64,000 nt of DNA from Candidatus Marinacidobacterales bacterium (GCA_965224085.1 CBDCYI010000004.1:1760001-1824000); one strand, 5' to 3'; shown: positions 10,349-22,020, counted from the first letter of the stretch. Numbers and translations are program-made. Notes: a model not told the origin generated them from the letters alone.

Positions 10349-11842
10349 CTAAGCGAGTCGGCGGAAGAACAAGATCACCATCACCGTGTACAGCTCGAGC
10401 CTGCCGACGATCATCAGGATCGCGAGAAGGACTTTAGCGGGAGCCGGTAGCCCCGCATAGGTCAAACTGGGCCCGACCTCCCCGAAACCGGGCCCGATAT
10501 TGCCGAGGCACGCCGCCGCGGCGGAGAACGACGTGAAAGGATCGAGCCCCATCACCGTCAAGCAGACGCCACCACTCACGAAGAGAAGCACGAAGAGAAC
10601 GAAGAAGGTCGTGACTGAAGAGACGACGTCATCCGGGATGGCGCGCGCGCCCAGCTGGACCGGAAGCACCGCATGTGGCTGGAGAACGCGCTTCACGTCG
10701 ACGGCGATTTTCTTGAAGACGATGAGCAAGCGGACGATCTTCACCGAGCCGCCCGTGGAGCCGGCGCAGCCGCCCGTGAACATCAAGAGAAAGAGCAAAG
10801 TCCTTGTGAGCTCCGGCCAACCGTCATATTCCGCCGTGACAAAACCGGTCGTGGTGACGATGGATACGACCTGAAACGCCGCCAGCCGCACGCCCTCGAA
10901 CAAGGACGGCGTCACGCGGCCGAGCATCAAGTTCAGGAGGACGACGGCGCTCGACACCACGAGGATTCCGAGATAGAGCCGAAGCTCGGAATCTTGTTTG
11001 AGGGCCGAGAATTTGCCCCGAAGCCATTGGTAGTGAATCGCGAAGCTCGCGCCGGCCAAGACCATGAAGAGAGTTACGGTCCATTCGACGCCTGCGCTCC
11101 CGAAAGCGCCGATGCTCTCGTTCTTGGTCGAGAAGCCCCCTGTCGCCATCGTGGCGAATGCATGCGCGACCGCGTCGAGCGGACCCAATCCGAGGAGCAG
11201 CAGGACGACCACTTCAAAGGCGGTGAGCAGGACGTAGATACCCCAAAGGGCTTTAGCCGTCTGAGCGATCCGCGGTGTCAATTTCTCCTGAATTGGACCG
11301 GGCGCTTCCGCCGCAAGAAGCTCCATCCCGCCCACGGCGAGCTTTGGAAGGATCGCGATCCCGAGCACGATGATCCCCATGCCGCCAATCCATTGAGTCA
11401 GCGCGCGCCAGAGCAGGAACGACTTGGGCAAACGCTCCACATCGGCGAAGATGGTGGCGCCTGTCGTGGTGAAACCGGAAGCCGATTCGAAAAAAGCGTC
11501 GACCGCGAAGCCGAAGCCGAACTCGATGACGAAAGGCAGCGCACCCACGAAGGCAGCGACGAGCCAAGCCGACGACACGAGAAGAAATGCCTCGCGGCGC
11601 GCGAAGGTGAACGCGTCACCTTGATGAAAGAACCGCTCGAGAAAGAGACCGAGCCCTGCGACGATGAACGCCGCCACGTAAAACGCCCAACGTGCATTTT
11701 CGCCGGTAAGTTGTCCGACAAGCCCGGGCACGACCAGTGCGAGGCCGAGTGCCAATAGTAAGCGGCCGAGAAGGAAGAGAACGCCCCCGATATTGACGTT
11801 GATGCGAAACCGGCCTCCCGGGCGAGCTTTCGCTTCAGCCAT
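10349..11842 (-). CDS. trkH: Trk potassium uptake permease
   Basis: FESASGFTTTGAT, ATGGFS, TTTGF, GGCAGSTGG, GNIGPG, GRLE. Confidence 0.93.
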   Translation of the reverse strand: MAEAKARPGGRFRINVNIGGVLFLLGRLLLALGLALVVPGLVGQLTGENARWAFYVAAFIVAGLGLFLERFFHQGDAFTFARREAFLLVSSAWLVAAFVGALPFVIEFGFGFAVDAFFESASGFTTTGATIFADVERLPKSFLLWRALTQWIGGMGIIVLGIAILPKLAVGGMELLAAEAPGPIQEKLTPRIAQTAKALWGIYVLLTAFEVVVLLLLGLGPLDAVAHAFATMATGGFSTKNESIGAFGSAGVEWTVTLFMVLAGASFAIHYQWLRGKFSALKQDSELRLYLGILVVSSAVVLLNLMLGRVTPSLFEGVRLAAFQVVSIVTTTGFVTAEYDGWPELTRTLLFLLMFTGGCAGSTGGSVKIVRLLIVFKKIAVDVKRVLQPHAVLPVQLGARAIPDDVVSSVTTFFVLFVLLFVSGGVCLTVMGLDPFTSFSAAAACLGNIGPGFGEVGPSLTYAGLPAPAKVLLAILMIVGRLELYTVMVILFFRRLA

Positions 11843-11848
11843 GTCCCG

Positions 11849-13180
11849 TTATCGGGCTCGAAAAAGCTTCTCCAGAGCTGGCAGCGCTTCTGTCAAACTG
11901 AAGACGAGGGCGCGATCGCCGACCTGAAAGGTGAATTCACCGTCCGGAACGTAGCGCGCCTCGCCTCGAATCACAGCGCCGATGATACTGTCCTTGGGAA
12001 TCTTGAGCTTGCGTAGAGGTGCTTTGAGCGCACGAGAGCCGTCGGGAATCTGAAACTCCACGACCTCGGCGTCCCCGCTGGCGACGAAATCGAGACTCAA
12101 GATTTCGCGGCGATGCACCATTCTCAGAATGGTACCCGCCATAATGAGCCGCGGGGACAACCCGATATCGACACGTGCCGCGCGCAAAACGTTCAGAAAT
12201 TCCGGCCGCTGGTACAGGCTGACGACGATGCGCGCGCCAGCCTCATGCGCCAAATAAGAACTGATCACGTTGCTCTCATCGTCCTGCGTTGCGGCCACGA
12301 AATAGTCGGCCTCCGCGGCGCCCGCCTCCTTCAAAAGCGCCGTATCCGTCGCATCACCATGAAGGACGAGCGCCTGTGGCACGTCGGTCGCGAGAGCGAG
12401 CGCTTTTTGCGCTTGCCGCTGGATGACGGTGACCTGCACGTCGTCTTCGACGAGTTTCTTGGCGAGCCAGCTCCCGACATGACCAGCGCCCGCGATGACG
12501 ACCGTGCGAACCGGCGGCGCTTCAACGCCGATAGCTTTCAGGAATAGTGTAGCCGTCTCGGTCCGGCCCACCGCGTAGATGCGCCGGCCCTGCTTCAGCT
12601 CGGTATCGCCGCGCGGGATCGTGAGCCGTCCGCCGCGCTCGACCCCCACCAAGACCCAACCGTCGGGGCCACGAAGCTCCCGCAGCGGTCGGCCGTAGAT
12701 GTTCGCATCGCGCGAAGGCCGCACCCGAAGCAAAAGAAGCTTCCCATCCTCGAAAAAATGCGCTTTGCTGACGCCCGGAATCCGAGTGAGCCCTAGAATC
12801 TCCTCGGCGACGAGTCGTTCCGGATGCAGAGGGATGATGTTCTCGTCCTCTCGCAGCAGAGGATTCTCACCATATTGAGGGTTCCCGAGGCGGGCCACGC
12901 ATTGCTTGGCGCCGAGGCCCCGCGCGGTCAGCGCGGCGAGCAAGTTTACCGCGTCGGAGTTGGAAACGCTGAAAAAGAGATCGGCCTGATCGATGCCGTG
13001 CTCTTTCAGAAGGCTCGGCTGACACCCGTCGCCATGAATCGCCATGACGTCGAGCTCGGCCTGCACCTTGTGTGCTTGTGCCGAGTCGGCTTCGATGACG
13101 ACGAGGTCGTGCCCCTTCCGTGCGAGGGAGGTCGCGATATGGAATCCGACTTCCCCCGCGCCCACGATGAAGATGCGCAT
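11849..13180 (-). CDS. trkA: Trk potassium uptake NAD-binding subunit
   Basis: MRIFIVGAGEVG and a second RCK domain IAGAGHVG; adjacent to trkH. Confidence 0.93.
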   Translation of the reverse strand: MRIFIVGAGEVGFHIATSLARKGHDLVVIEADSAQAHKVQAELDVMAIHGDGCQPSLLKEHGIDQADLFFSVSNSDAVNLLAALTARGLGAKQCVARLGNPQYGENPLLREDENIIPLHPERLVAEEILGLTRIPGVSKAHFFEDGKLLLLRVRPSRDANIYGRPLRELRGPDGWVLVGVERGGRLTIPRGDTELKQGRRIYAVGRTETATLFLKAIGVEAPPVRTVVIAGAGHVGSWLAKKLVEDDVQVTVIQRQAQKALALATDVPQALVLHGDATDTALLKEAGAAEADYFVAATQDDESNVISSYLAHEAGARIVVSLYQRPEFLNVLRAARVDIGLSPRLIMAGTILRMVHRREILSLDFVASGDAEVVEFQIPDGSRALKAPLRKLKIPKDSIIGAVIRGEARYVPDGEFTFQVGDRALVFSLTEALPALEKLFRAR

Positions 13181-13342
13181 CGAACCCAGAGTTCTAGCTC
13201 ATTGTGCGTGCTCGACGCAAATCGTCGATGCTAGCTTTGGTTTTGAGGCAGCCTTGCAGCGAACCATAGCGCGACCCACAGATACTTGACACTAGTAATT
13301 TGGGATTTTGGGTGCGAACATAGACGAACACCCGAAAAACTG

Positions 13343-15286
13343 ATGTCCAAAACTGTCATTCCCGACAAAGTCGGTAGGTACGAACTACGCGGTCTCGTCG
13401 GCGGTGGCGCCATGGGCGTGGTCTATAGCGCCGTCGACCCGGGGCTCGGACGCTCCGTGGCCATCAAGACCATGTCGATCTCTGATTCGCCCCATGAGGC
13501 GGAGCTTCGGAAACGCTTTTTGCAGGAGGCGCAAGCCGCAAGCCAGCTTCAGCACCCGAACATCATCACGGTGCACGAGCTGTTCGAGGAAGGCGATACC
13601 GCTTTTCTCGTGATGGAACTTCTCGAGGGCGCGTCCTTGTCGGCCCTTCTTCGGCGGAAGAAGGTGCTCTCGCTAGCGGAGAAGATCTCTATCATCGACC
13701 AGATAGCAGCCGGTCTGTCCGAAGCTCACGCAAATCGGATCGTCCATCGTGACATGAAGCCTTCCAACGTCTTCGTTGTTCGAAGCGGCGTCGTCAAAGT
13801 TATCGATTTCGGTGTCGCCAAAGTCGGTGAGGGAGAGCTCACGAAAGCGGGCACCGTATTCGGAACGGTCGAATATATGGCTCCGGAGCAAGTCCGTGGA
13901 CAAAGCGTGACGCAGCAAGCCGACATCTTTTCCCTCGGTGTCGTCGCGTACGAGCTCCTGAGTGGCCGCAATCCGTTTCGTGCGGATACGCTCGCCGCGT
14001 CGGTGTTCAAGATCATGTCCGATAACCCGGGCAAGCTGAGCGACGACGCCAATGTTCCTGAAGAAATCGACGCCGTCGTGTTTCGCGCCTTAGCGAAACC
14101 GATGGTCGAGAGGTTCGAATCTCTGCGCGAGCTCCGCGCACATCTGCAAGACGCCGCGGAACAACTCGGGGTCACCCCCAAACCGCCCTTACTCGCGGAT
14201 GAAGATATCGAGATCACCAAGGAACGTGGGGACATTGTGGCGGTATCGGCCACTCCCCGAGTGTCGCAGTGGTCCAACGTCGCCGCGCAGGCGGATCTGC
14301 TCGAACAGACCTATCAGCTAGGCGTCCAAGCCTACGGCAGAGGTGATTATGAGGACTGCGTTTCCAAGATGAGCCAAGTGCTCGACGAAGTGCCCGTCCA
14401 CGCGATGTCGCTGCACTATCTCGCCTCGAGCGAGGAGAGGCTGAGACGCCAGCGTTTGAGCGACGATGCGAGGCAAAAGGCGTCCACGCTTCTGACCGCG
14501 ATGCGCGACGCCCATCGCCAAGGCGACTCGGACCTGGTCACCGAGAAATCCAATGCTTTTCTCTCGCTGGATCCCGAATCCATGGAAGCGCGGTAGTATC
14601 GTCGCAATGCAGAAGCGCGCAAACGGGCCGCAACCGTGGGCGGTTCGCGTCCGCGCGCCGCCGCAGGTCATTCCCAGATGGGAAGCCTAGGAGGGCAAGC
14701 CCGAGGGAGCTTCGGCTACACGTCATCGCCTGGACGCACGATGAGCGCCGCTCAAACACCGCCGGCATTTGCGCCGACTCCAAGTGCTCTTGGCTCGTCC
14801 GCCAACGGAATGTGGATCCTCGCCGGCGTCGCGATCCTCTTCGTAGGTCTTATCGTGGTGTGGCTCGGAAGCTTGGGGAGCCCGGATCTTAGCGTTTCGG
14901 CCAGCCCCGGCCGCGGTCCCAAGGTGCGCGTTTCGCCGTTTGATGGAATGGACGATAGCCAAGCCGTGCAGCTGCAGCTCCAACGACAAGATCCGGAGCC
15001 GGCCCCGACCGCGCCGCCCGCGGGGTTCTCGGTCCAATACGTCATACCGACCAAGATCGAGGTCGGCCGACCCATGACGCTGGGTCTCTTCGGCGACGGT
15101 TTTCCCGAGGACGCCAAAGTTTCTATCGCCGTAGAGGGGGTGGCCATTTTGTCGACCCACGTGCGGAGCCCCGAGCACATCGAAATCCAGATCCAGGCAG
15201 ACCAAGCACACGAGCAGCTCGACATCGTGGTCGAAGACTCCGAAGGCGCTCGGGTCGCGGTCGCTCTCACCGTGCATGAGCGGTAG
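13343..15286 (+). CDS. Hanks-type Ser/Thr kinase with TPR-like, TM and extracytoplasmic domains, split by an in-frame TAG at 14594-14596
   Basis: GGGAMGVVY, VAIK, HRDMKPSN, DFG, YMAPE. The same frame continues after the stop (EAR*YRRNAE...) into a TM helix (WILAGVAILFVGLIVVWL) and an Ig-like domain. Confidence 0.8.
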
Positions 15287-15517
15287 CCAGATGTACCACA
15301 ACCACGCACATCGAGTGCGGTAAATTCACCACGTTACATCATAAGCCACTCGAACAACTATCCCATTTACAACGGGTTGCGACAGAACACTTTCCTGGCA
15401 CACGGATTGCTACACAAGCGAAGCGGGTCCACTTTCGAATTTCATTGGAAATCCAACACACAGCACGTTTTAAGACCACGTCTCTGCCGAGCGTTTTTGA
15501 TTCAGTAGGTTCATGGG

Positions 15518-17817
15518 ATGGAGCTGAAAAAGAGCGAACAGATGTCCAACGCGAATTGGACTCCTCCACCAATGCCGACATCCGAGCCGGAGTCAGCCGA
15601 GTTCCATCCTCCCGAATCGGAGAAGCACCTGAGGGACTATTGGTACGTTATCTTGAAGCGCCGCTGGGTCATCCTCGCGGTTTTCGTTTCGGTCCTGTCC
15701 TACACCGCGGTAAAAGCGCTCATGCGCCAGCCGGTCTATAGCGCGTCCACCGTCCTCCAGATCGATCGCGGCAAGATCAATCTTGTCCAGGACGTGATGG
15801 TTCAGGACTACTGGAGCGGCTACGACGAGTTCTACCCCACGCAGCAGCGCGTTTTGATGAGCCGCAATCTTTCGCGGGGCGTCGTCCGAAGCCTCCGTCT
15901 CTGGGAGCAACCCTATTTCGGAGGCGACAAGACGCACACACCGGACGAGCAAACCGTGGAGGGTCTCGCCGGGCGCGTGGTCGGGATGCTGCAGGTCACG
16001 CAGATTCGGAATACACAGCTCATGGAGCTGAAGTTCACGAGTACGGATCCGCAAGTCGCCGCGGATCTCGCCAATGCGCTCGCACGACAATACATGACGT
16101 TCAGCATGGAAAAAGAGACGACCCTCGCTCGTGACACCGCCGGTTTCATCCGCGAGCAAGTCGAGAAAATACAAGTCGAGATTCAAGAGCGGGAGCAGCT
16201 TCTTCAGGAATACAGCCAGCGCCAAGACCTCATGATGGTCGATGAAAAAGAGCTCCTCGTCATGCGACAGCTCCAAGATCTCAACAGCGCCGTCGCGGTG
16301 GCGCGCACGTCGCGAGCGAACGCGGAAGCCAAATATCGGAGTCTTCGGGCGGCTGACACGCAAATACTACCTGCGGTTCTCGCGAACCCGACCGTCCAGG
16401 GCCTCGTGCAGCAACGCGGCGTGCTCGAAGGCCAAGTCGCCGAGCTCGCCGCCAAGTTCAAGGACGACTGGCCGGATCTGCGCCGCGCCCGCGAAGGGCT
16501 CGCCGACATCAAGAATCGGATCGAAACTGAGCGTAGAGCTTTGACGGTCGACGTCGTGGCGAAGGCCCGGGTGGAGTATCAGGCCGCTGTCAAGCGCGAA
16601 ACCCTCCTGCTCGCGGAAGTCGAAGCTCAGAAGCGAGAAGCTCAGAAGCTCAGTAAGCTCACGACAGATTACAGTCAAATCAAAGCCGGGATTGACAACC
16701 AACGTTCCATGCTGCAGCAGCTGTTACGCAGGCAATCCGAGACGGGTCTGAGACGGGTCTGAGTGCCGAGCTCGGAGCGCGGGAGCCCGTGAACGTCCGC
16801 ATCGTGGAGGCGGCGCTCGTTCCGAAAGCACCCTCCGGCCCGAGCCTTTCGCGAAGCCTATTGCTCGGCAGCGTCGTCGGTATCGCACTTGCCCTCGGAC
16901 TCGCGCTGTTCCTCGACTATTGGGAAACGAGCATCTACACGATCGAGGATCTACGCCGGCAGGTGCCGCTTCCCTATATGGGGATGATCCCTCGACTTAA
17001 TTCCGACACCATTTCGCGCTGGGACGCTCTTGCGGCAGGCGCGATGGCCCCGCACGGCAAGAACATGAATCACACACGCTCGGCACTTGCCTTGTCGCAA
17101 AGCACCAAAATCGCTTCCCGTGCGAAGGAAGACATGTCGCTGATCGCGGAGCGCTTCAAGTTTCTGCGCGGCTCGCTCTTGCTGTCCACGCCCGGCCACC
17201 CGCCACGAACCGTTATCGTAACGGGTCCGGACAAGAACGCTGGCAAAACGTTCGTCGCTTGCAACCTCGCGACCTCGCTTGCCGATCTGGACAAGAAGGT
17301 TCTTTTGATCGACGCAGACCTCCGCAACCCCCAGATCCACAAGGTCTTCCGGTTCAAAAACCGCGTTGGCCTTTCGAGTGTCCTGTCGGGGCAAACGGCG
17401 GTCGAGAAGGGATGCGTCTTTTCGACGATCATTCCGAATCTCTACGTGCTGCTCGCTGGCCCCCCCAGCCCGACTCCCGCCGAACTTCTCGGCTCGAGCA
17501 AGATGGAGGAGACGCTCGAGCAGTGCATGCAGCTTTTCGACTACGTGCTGCTGGACTCGGCGCCTCTCTTACCTGTTTTCGACTCTCACTATCTCACCGT
17601 ACGCGCCGACGCCAACCTCCTCGTCGTCCGGAGCGGACACACTTCGAGAAATGCTGTAAGCCAGAGCCTCGACTTGATTGATCGCGTCGGTGGCAAGGTC
17701 ACGGGGGTCATCTTGAACGACGTGAACCTCGCGGACTACGCTCAGAATTACTATTACAGCTATCACAGCTACGAGTACGGGACTTACGGCGAAGAGCCGG
17801 CGCGAAAGGTCAGTTAA
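15518..17817 (+). pseudogene. wzc: Wzc/GumC polysaccharide co-polymerase with BY-kinase, frameshifted by an 11-bp tandem duplication
   Basis: HLRDYW..ILKRRW Wzz domain and coiled coil. The second part has Walker A GPDKNAGKT, LIDADLRNP, VLLDSAP and a Tyr cluster YAQNYYYSYHSYEYGTY. GAGACGGGTCT is repeated at 16739-16760. Confidence 0.88.
16739..16760 (+). repeat. 11-bp perfect tandem duplication (GAGACGGGTCT x2) within wzc
   Basis: Seen directly. Removing one copy restores QSETGLSAELGAREPVNVRIVE in frame. Confidence 0.9.
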
Positions 17818-17848
17818 TCGTGCCCCTCACCCGCATCGTTCTCGCCTG

Positions 17849-19033
17849 ATGCCTTCGGTGACGGCCCCCGGGCTCGACAAGCTCACGAGGGCATGCGCCA
17901 AAGAGCTCGCTCAGGGCGCACCTTCCGACTATTTTGTGCGCTCCGAGGTCGAGCGGCTCTCCCCCCTCCTTTATTACGGGTTCGACCGTCTCGGATGGCC
18001 CGACACCGTCCCAGAGGATGAACGTCACCACTTCCGCAAAGCTTACTACGCGAGCGCGGGCCGAAACGTCGAATTGTTGGACGCTCTCGGTAACGCAGCC
18101 GAGGCCCTCTCGGCACGGGATATCCAGACGATCGCAGTGAAAGGCGCGGAGCTCGCGACCAACGTTTATCCGAGCGTCGCACTCCGCCCGATGAGCGATA
18201 TCGACCTCTGTGTGTCGCCCGAGCAGGGCGAAGCTGCGGAGGCTACATTGACGGAGCTCGGATACCGCCCCTATGCGCCGGAAATGACTCCGGGGCTCGC
18301 GCGGAAGACACGGCACGCAAAGTTGTTCATCGGTGGTGCTCGGGACAACATCGCCATCGATCTGCATTGGTCGTTAGTCGGCGGTCTCGGCGACACTCGC
18401 GCACCCCATTACGATTGGCTTCGCGACAATACCGTGAGAAGCGACGCGCCCTACGAGCGGCTTTCGGAGACGGCGCATCTCGCTTATCTGGCCGCACACA
18501 TGAAGCTTCAGCACTACGACGAAGAGATTCCACTCCTGTGGCTCGTCGATTTCACGCTTCTCGCTTCTTCGTCCTCGATGGAGTGGGAGGTGCTCTTCGC
18601 CGATGCGCGCGCTCTTGGGTGGAGCGACGCGCTGGCCGCAACGGCCCGCGATGTGCAACGACGCCTGGGTGCCGATTTGCCCGAGCCGCTCGTGCGGTTC
18701 ACTGACAGCTGGCCGCTGCTGCCGCAGATAGCGGAACTTCATCGGCGGGACGGCCGCGACGAGCCCGAGCGCGTTTGGAACGAGCTCACCACGCTACCCT
18801 GGCACGCACGTTGGGCGCTCCTCTGCGCTCTCGTTCTACCGTCGTTGAGCTACATGCGCTTCCGCTATCCCTCGCTGCCTAGTTGGGCATGGCCGCTCGC
18901 TTATCCGCTTCGATGGGCCCGATTCGTAGCTAAATCTGCAGCGCTCGCTAAGAGGTATGTAGGCCGCGTTGTGCACCGGGAAACACGAACGAAACCGCTT
19001 CTCGCGTCCCCGGATCGCCGCAAAAGCTGGTAG
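17849..19033 (+). CDS. Nucleotidyltransferase family protein (NTP_transf_5-like)
   Basis: VKGAELA..YP....RPMSDIDL and IDLHWSL; this type is commonly found with PqqD/lasso-type cassettes. Confidence 0.85.
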   Translation: MPSVTAPGLDKLTRACAKELAQGAPSDYFVRSEVERLSPLLYYGFDRLGWPDTVPEDERHHFRKAYYASAGRNVELLDALGNAAEALSARDIQTIAVKGAELATNVYPSVALRPMSDIDLCVSPEQGEAAEATLTELGYRPYAPEMTPGLARKTRHAKLFIGGARDNIAIDLHWSLVGGLGDTRAPHYDWLRDNTVRSDAPYERLSETAHLAYLAAHMKLQHYDEEIPLLWLVDFTLLASSSSMEWEVLFADARALGWSDALAATARDVQRRLGADLPEPLVRFTDSWPLLPQIAELHRRDGRDEPERVWNELTTLPWHARWALLCALVLPSLSYMRFRYPSLPSWAWPLAYPLRWARFVAKSAALAKRYVGRVVHRETRTKPLLASPDRRKSW

Positions 19034-19068
19034 AATCTAGGCATACACTAATACATAGGTACAAATGC

Positions 19069-20011
19069 GTGGCTGTGAATTTCGCTGCCTGTAAAACTAC
19101 GCCTTTCGGCGCTCGCTATCTGAAAAACCCAGCCATGTTTCCCCTTGGTTTGGACGGAGAATCGTGGGGAAGCCGCGAGCTATCGCTCGGGGTCTTGGAC
19201 AAGCGGTTTCTCGTATGCGGGCTCAGCGCGGCTCAGGAACATACGATCCGAAGCTTGTGGCCCCGCTTCGTCATCGACGATCCGGACCGCGCGGACGTGG
19301 CGCTGTTCGTGCACCGCGCACCGACGTCCATCTTTATCAAGTTCGACCGCTGGGAGTACACCCTCGATTTCGATTACACGACGAAGTCGCTCTCGATGGC
19401 GGGATTGGATCTCATGGGGCGACTCGAGCTCGTGCCCGAGCTGCGCGCCGCACTTTGGGTGGCAACGGAAGAACACGATCTGTTTCACAGCGCTTTCGAG
19501 AACTTCTTGCGAATCCTCGTCGCCTACGCGGCGCTCGATCTCGGAGGCGGGTTGTTTCACAGTGCTGCCGTCGTGGAGGGCTACTCGGCTTGGCTATTCG
19601 TCGGCCATTCCGGCGCAGGCAAGTCCACCGTCTCCCAACTGGCGCTCGACTCCGGTCGCGCTGTTTTGAGCGATGATTTGAACCCGGTCCTGCCGAATCC
19701 ACGCGGCGGCCTCGACCGTCGTCGGGAGCCCTTTTCTCGGCGACGAAGGCGCCCGCGCGCCGACGCGCCACGCGTTGAACGCCATCTACCGGCTGGAGCA
19801 AGGCGCAAGAGACGGCGTAAGAACGATGGGCGAAGCCGAGACGCTCGCTTCACTCATGGCATCCTCGCCCTATCTCAACCGCGATCCTCACCGGACCGAA
19901 ACGCTGTGCAAAAACCTAGCGACCCTCGCGGGGCGTGTCCCGCAGCGCGTTTTGACTTTTCGGCGCGATGGAACGATCTGGCCCCTCCTCGAACGGAACG
20001 GGGCAAAATAA
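19069..20011 (+). CDS. HPr-kinase-like P-loop protein (ScmC-like), frameshifted near 19700
   Basis: LFHSAAVV, FVGHSGAGKST, LSDD. The GSPFLG and LTFRRDGTIW segment is in the shifted frame (ORF 19775-20011). Confidence 0.75.
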
Positions 20012-20065
20012 TTTGAAGTCAGATATTTAGATCAACGTTTTCTTGCAGTTAAAGGAGCAACTCTG

Positions 20066-20353
20066 ATGATCGACAGGTCGCTTGTTCTCAAGCGTAGGGA
20101 TGACGTTCGGTACCGGATCGTCGGTGATGAGGCGGTTGTGATTCGGCAAAGTGCGGCTGAGGTTCTAGCTCTCAATGACGTGGGGGCGCGGGTGCTCGAG
20201 CTCATCGATGCGGGAGAGACGATGGGCGCTTTGATCGACACGATGGTCGAGGAATACGATGTCGGGCGGGAAGATCTCGCTCGTGACGTCGTGGGGTTCG
20301 TCCAATCGATCCGCGAGGCGGGCATCGTCGAAGGCGTCTCGAACCCGTCGTGA
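20066..20353 (+). CDS. PqqD family RiPP recognition element (peptide chaperone)
   Basis: 95 aa: R.VGDEAVVI, LNDVGARVLELID, EYDVGREDLARDV..FV..I.EAGIV. Confidence 0.9.
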   Translation: MIDRSLVLKRRDDVRYRIVGDEAVVIRQSAAEVLALNDVGARVLELIDAGETMGALIDTMVEEYDVGREDLARDVVGFVQSIREAGIVEGVSNPS

Positions 20354-21459
20354 GCTACGAGGCAACCGTCGTCCGAGCGTGGCAGGATTTTCATCTGTTT
20401 TCAGCTCTGCTCGAGCTCACTTATCGATGTAACCTCGACTGTTCGTTCTGCTATAACGACCTGGAGCTCGAAGGCGAGCCGCTTCGATTTTCCCAATACG
20501 AGCTTTTGCTCGAGGAGCTTCGCGAGCTCGGCTGTTTGCATCTAGGCCTTTCCGGCGGGGAGCCGTTGGCTCATCCTGATTTTTTTGCGATCGGCAAAAG
20601 AGCTCGCGAGCTCGGCTTCGTGACGCGTATCAAGTCGAATGGCCACGCGCTCGGCGGCGAGATTTTGCGCCGCGTAGAGCGCGAAGTCGATCCCTTCGTC
20701 GTCGAGATAAGTCTTCACGGAGCTATCGCGAGAACCCACGATCGCCAGACGCGCGTCAGCGGGAGCTTCGATCGCCTGATATCGAACCTGGCCGAGATGC
20801 GCGAGCGTCACTTGCGTGTCAAGCTCAAATGCGCGTTGACCCGGTGGAACGAGAGCGAGATCGAAGAGATGTTTGCGATCGCCGACAGATTCGAGATGCC
20901 GCTCGTGATCGACCCAGAGGTCACACCCCGCGACAATGGAGACCTCGAACCGTTGCAGCTCACCGCGTCGCCCGAAGGCTTGAAGCATCTCGTCGCGGTG
21001 CAGTCACGACGTGCGCTCGCGGCGCGCGCCGAGATCGCACGCGAAGGAGAGGCCGACGCCCCGGACTCAGACAGGCATTGTGGGGCTGGAACGGCAGGCA
21101 TCGCCGTGGACCCCTACGGAAACGTCTATCCCTGCGTCCAATGGCGGCGTCCGATTGGAAACGTTCACCAGAGCCGCCTCGCCGATATCTGGAGTGACAA
21201 CGCGCGACTCGATGAAATCCGGCATTTGACGGTCGAAGCGAAGTCGATGCTCGGTGATAGGGAGGAGGCGCCGTTGCTCGCTTTTTGTCCTGGTATCGCG
21301 GAAAGTCTGACCGGCGATCCTCTCGTCGTGCCCGAAGCGGCCTCGAAACGGGCGGCAATACTCGCGGAAGCGGTTCTCCCTCTACATCCATCTAGCCGTC
21401 TCAGAACGTCTCTCGCTGTCCCTCCCGATCCCACCGTTTCGATAAAATCAACTACATAG
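20350..21459 (+). CDS. Radical SAM enzyme with SPASM/twitch domain
   Basis: ELTYRCNLDCSFCY (CxxxCxxC), SGGEPL, CGAG...VDPYGNVYPC, later FCPG. Overlaps the PqqD stop (GTGA coupling). Confidence 0.9.
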   Translation: MSYEATVVRAWQDFHLFSALLELTYRCNLDCSFCYNDLELEGEPLRFSQYELLLEELRELGCLHLGLSGGEPLAHPDFFAIGKRARELGFVTRIKSNGHALGGEILRRVEREVDPFVVEISLHGAIARTHDRQTRVSGSFDRLISNLAEMRERHLRVKLKCALTRWNESEIEEMFAIADRFEMPLVIDPEVTPRDNGDLEPLQLTASPEGLKHLVAVQSRRALAARAEIAREGEADAPDSDRHCGAGTAGIAVDPYGNVYPCVQWRRPIGNVHQSRLADIWSDNARLDEIRHLTVEAKSMLGDREEAPLLAFCPGIAESLTGDPLVVPEAASKRAAILAEAVLPLHPSSRLRTSLAVPPDPTVSIKSTT

Positions 21460-21499
21460 AGATATCGCCGTTCGCGAGCCGCAGCCTCGCAAGAAGAGG

Positions 21500-21685
21500 T
21501 CATGCTCTGTCCGGCGACCGGAGCTTCTCCAGGAATCTGCCCATGTGAGGGTGGCTACGGTCGAGTGGGACTGCGTCCTTGTGAAACCATCGTACGCTCC
21601 GAAACTCGGATTCATCGAACACTAGGTTCTGCCTACGGTCACCCTTCATGACGTACCAGAGGCTCACACCGGTATGACCCGCCAA
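21500..21685 (-). pseudogene. C-terminal fragment of a NUDIX-type hydrolase
   Basis: GHTGVSLWYVMKGDRRQNLVFDESEFRSVRWF..VPLDRSHPHMGRFLEKL; the N-terminal part is absent. Confidence 0.5.
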
Positions 21686-22020
21686 CAGATATCTGCTACG
21701 ATGAGCCACTTTTGCCCGCCCGAAACTCGGCTTCGAAGGAGCATGTGGGCGCAATTCGAGCGTGACGTTGAGCGAGGTGCTCCGACGAGGCCGGGTCGTC
21801 ACGTGGTTTTCCGGATATTCACGAGGAATCGAAGCTACAGGTTTCGTGCGTGGTGGTGCAGCCGACGCGAAGGATGACGACGAGCCGACCTTTCTTGCAC
21901 TCAGGGCGGACGTCGGATTCGGTATCGGTGCCTACGGAGTATGGGGCTGAGGGGAGCGTTCTATACTCGCGGAGTGGTGCTTCCTCTACATCCGGTACAG
22001 CGCAGCTGATGATTAGGCCC

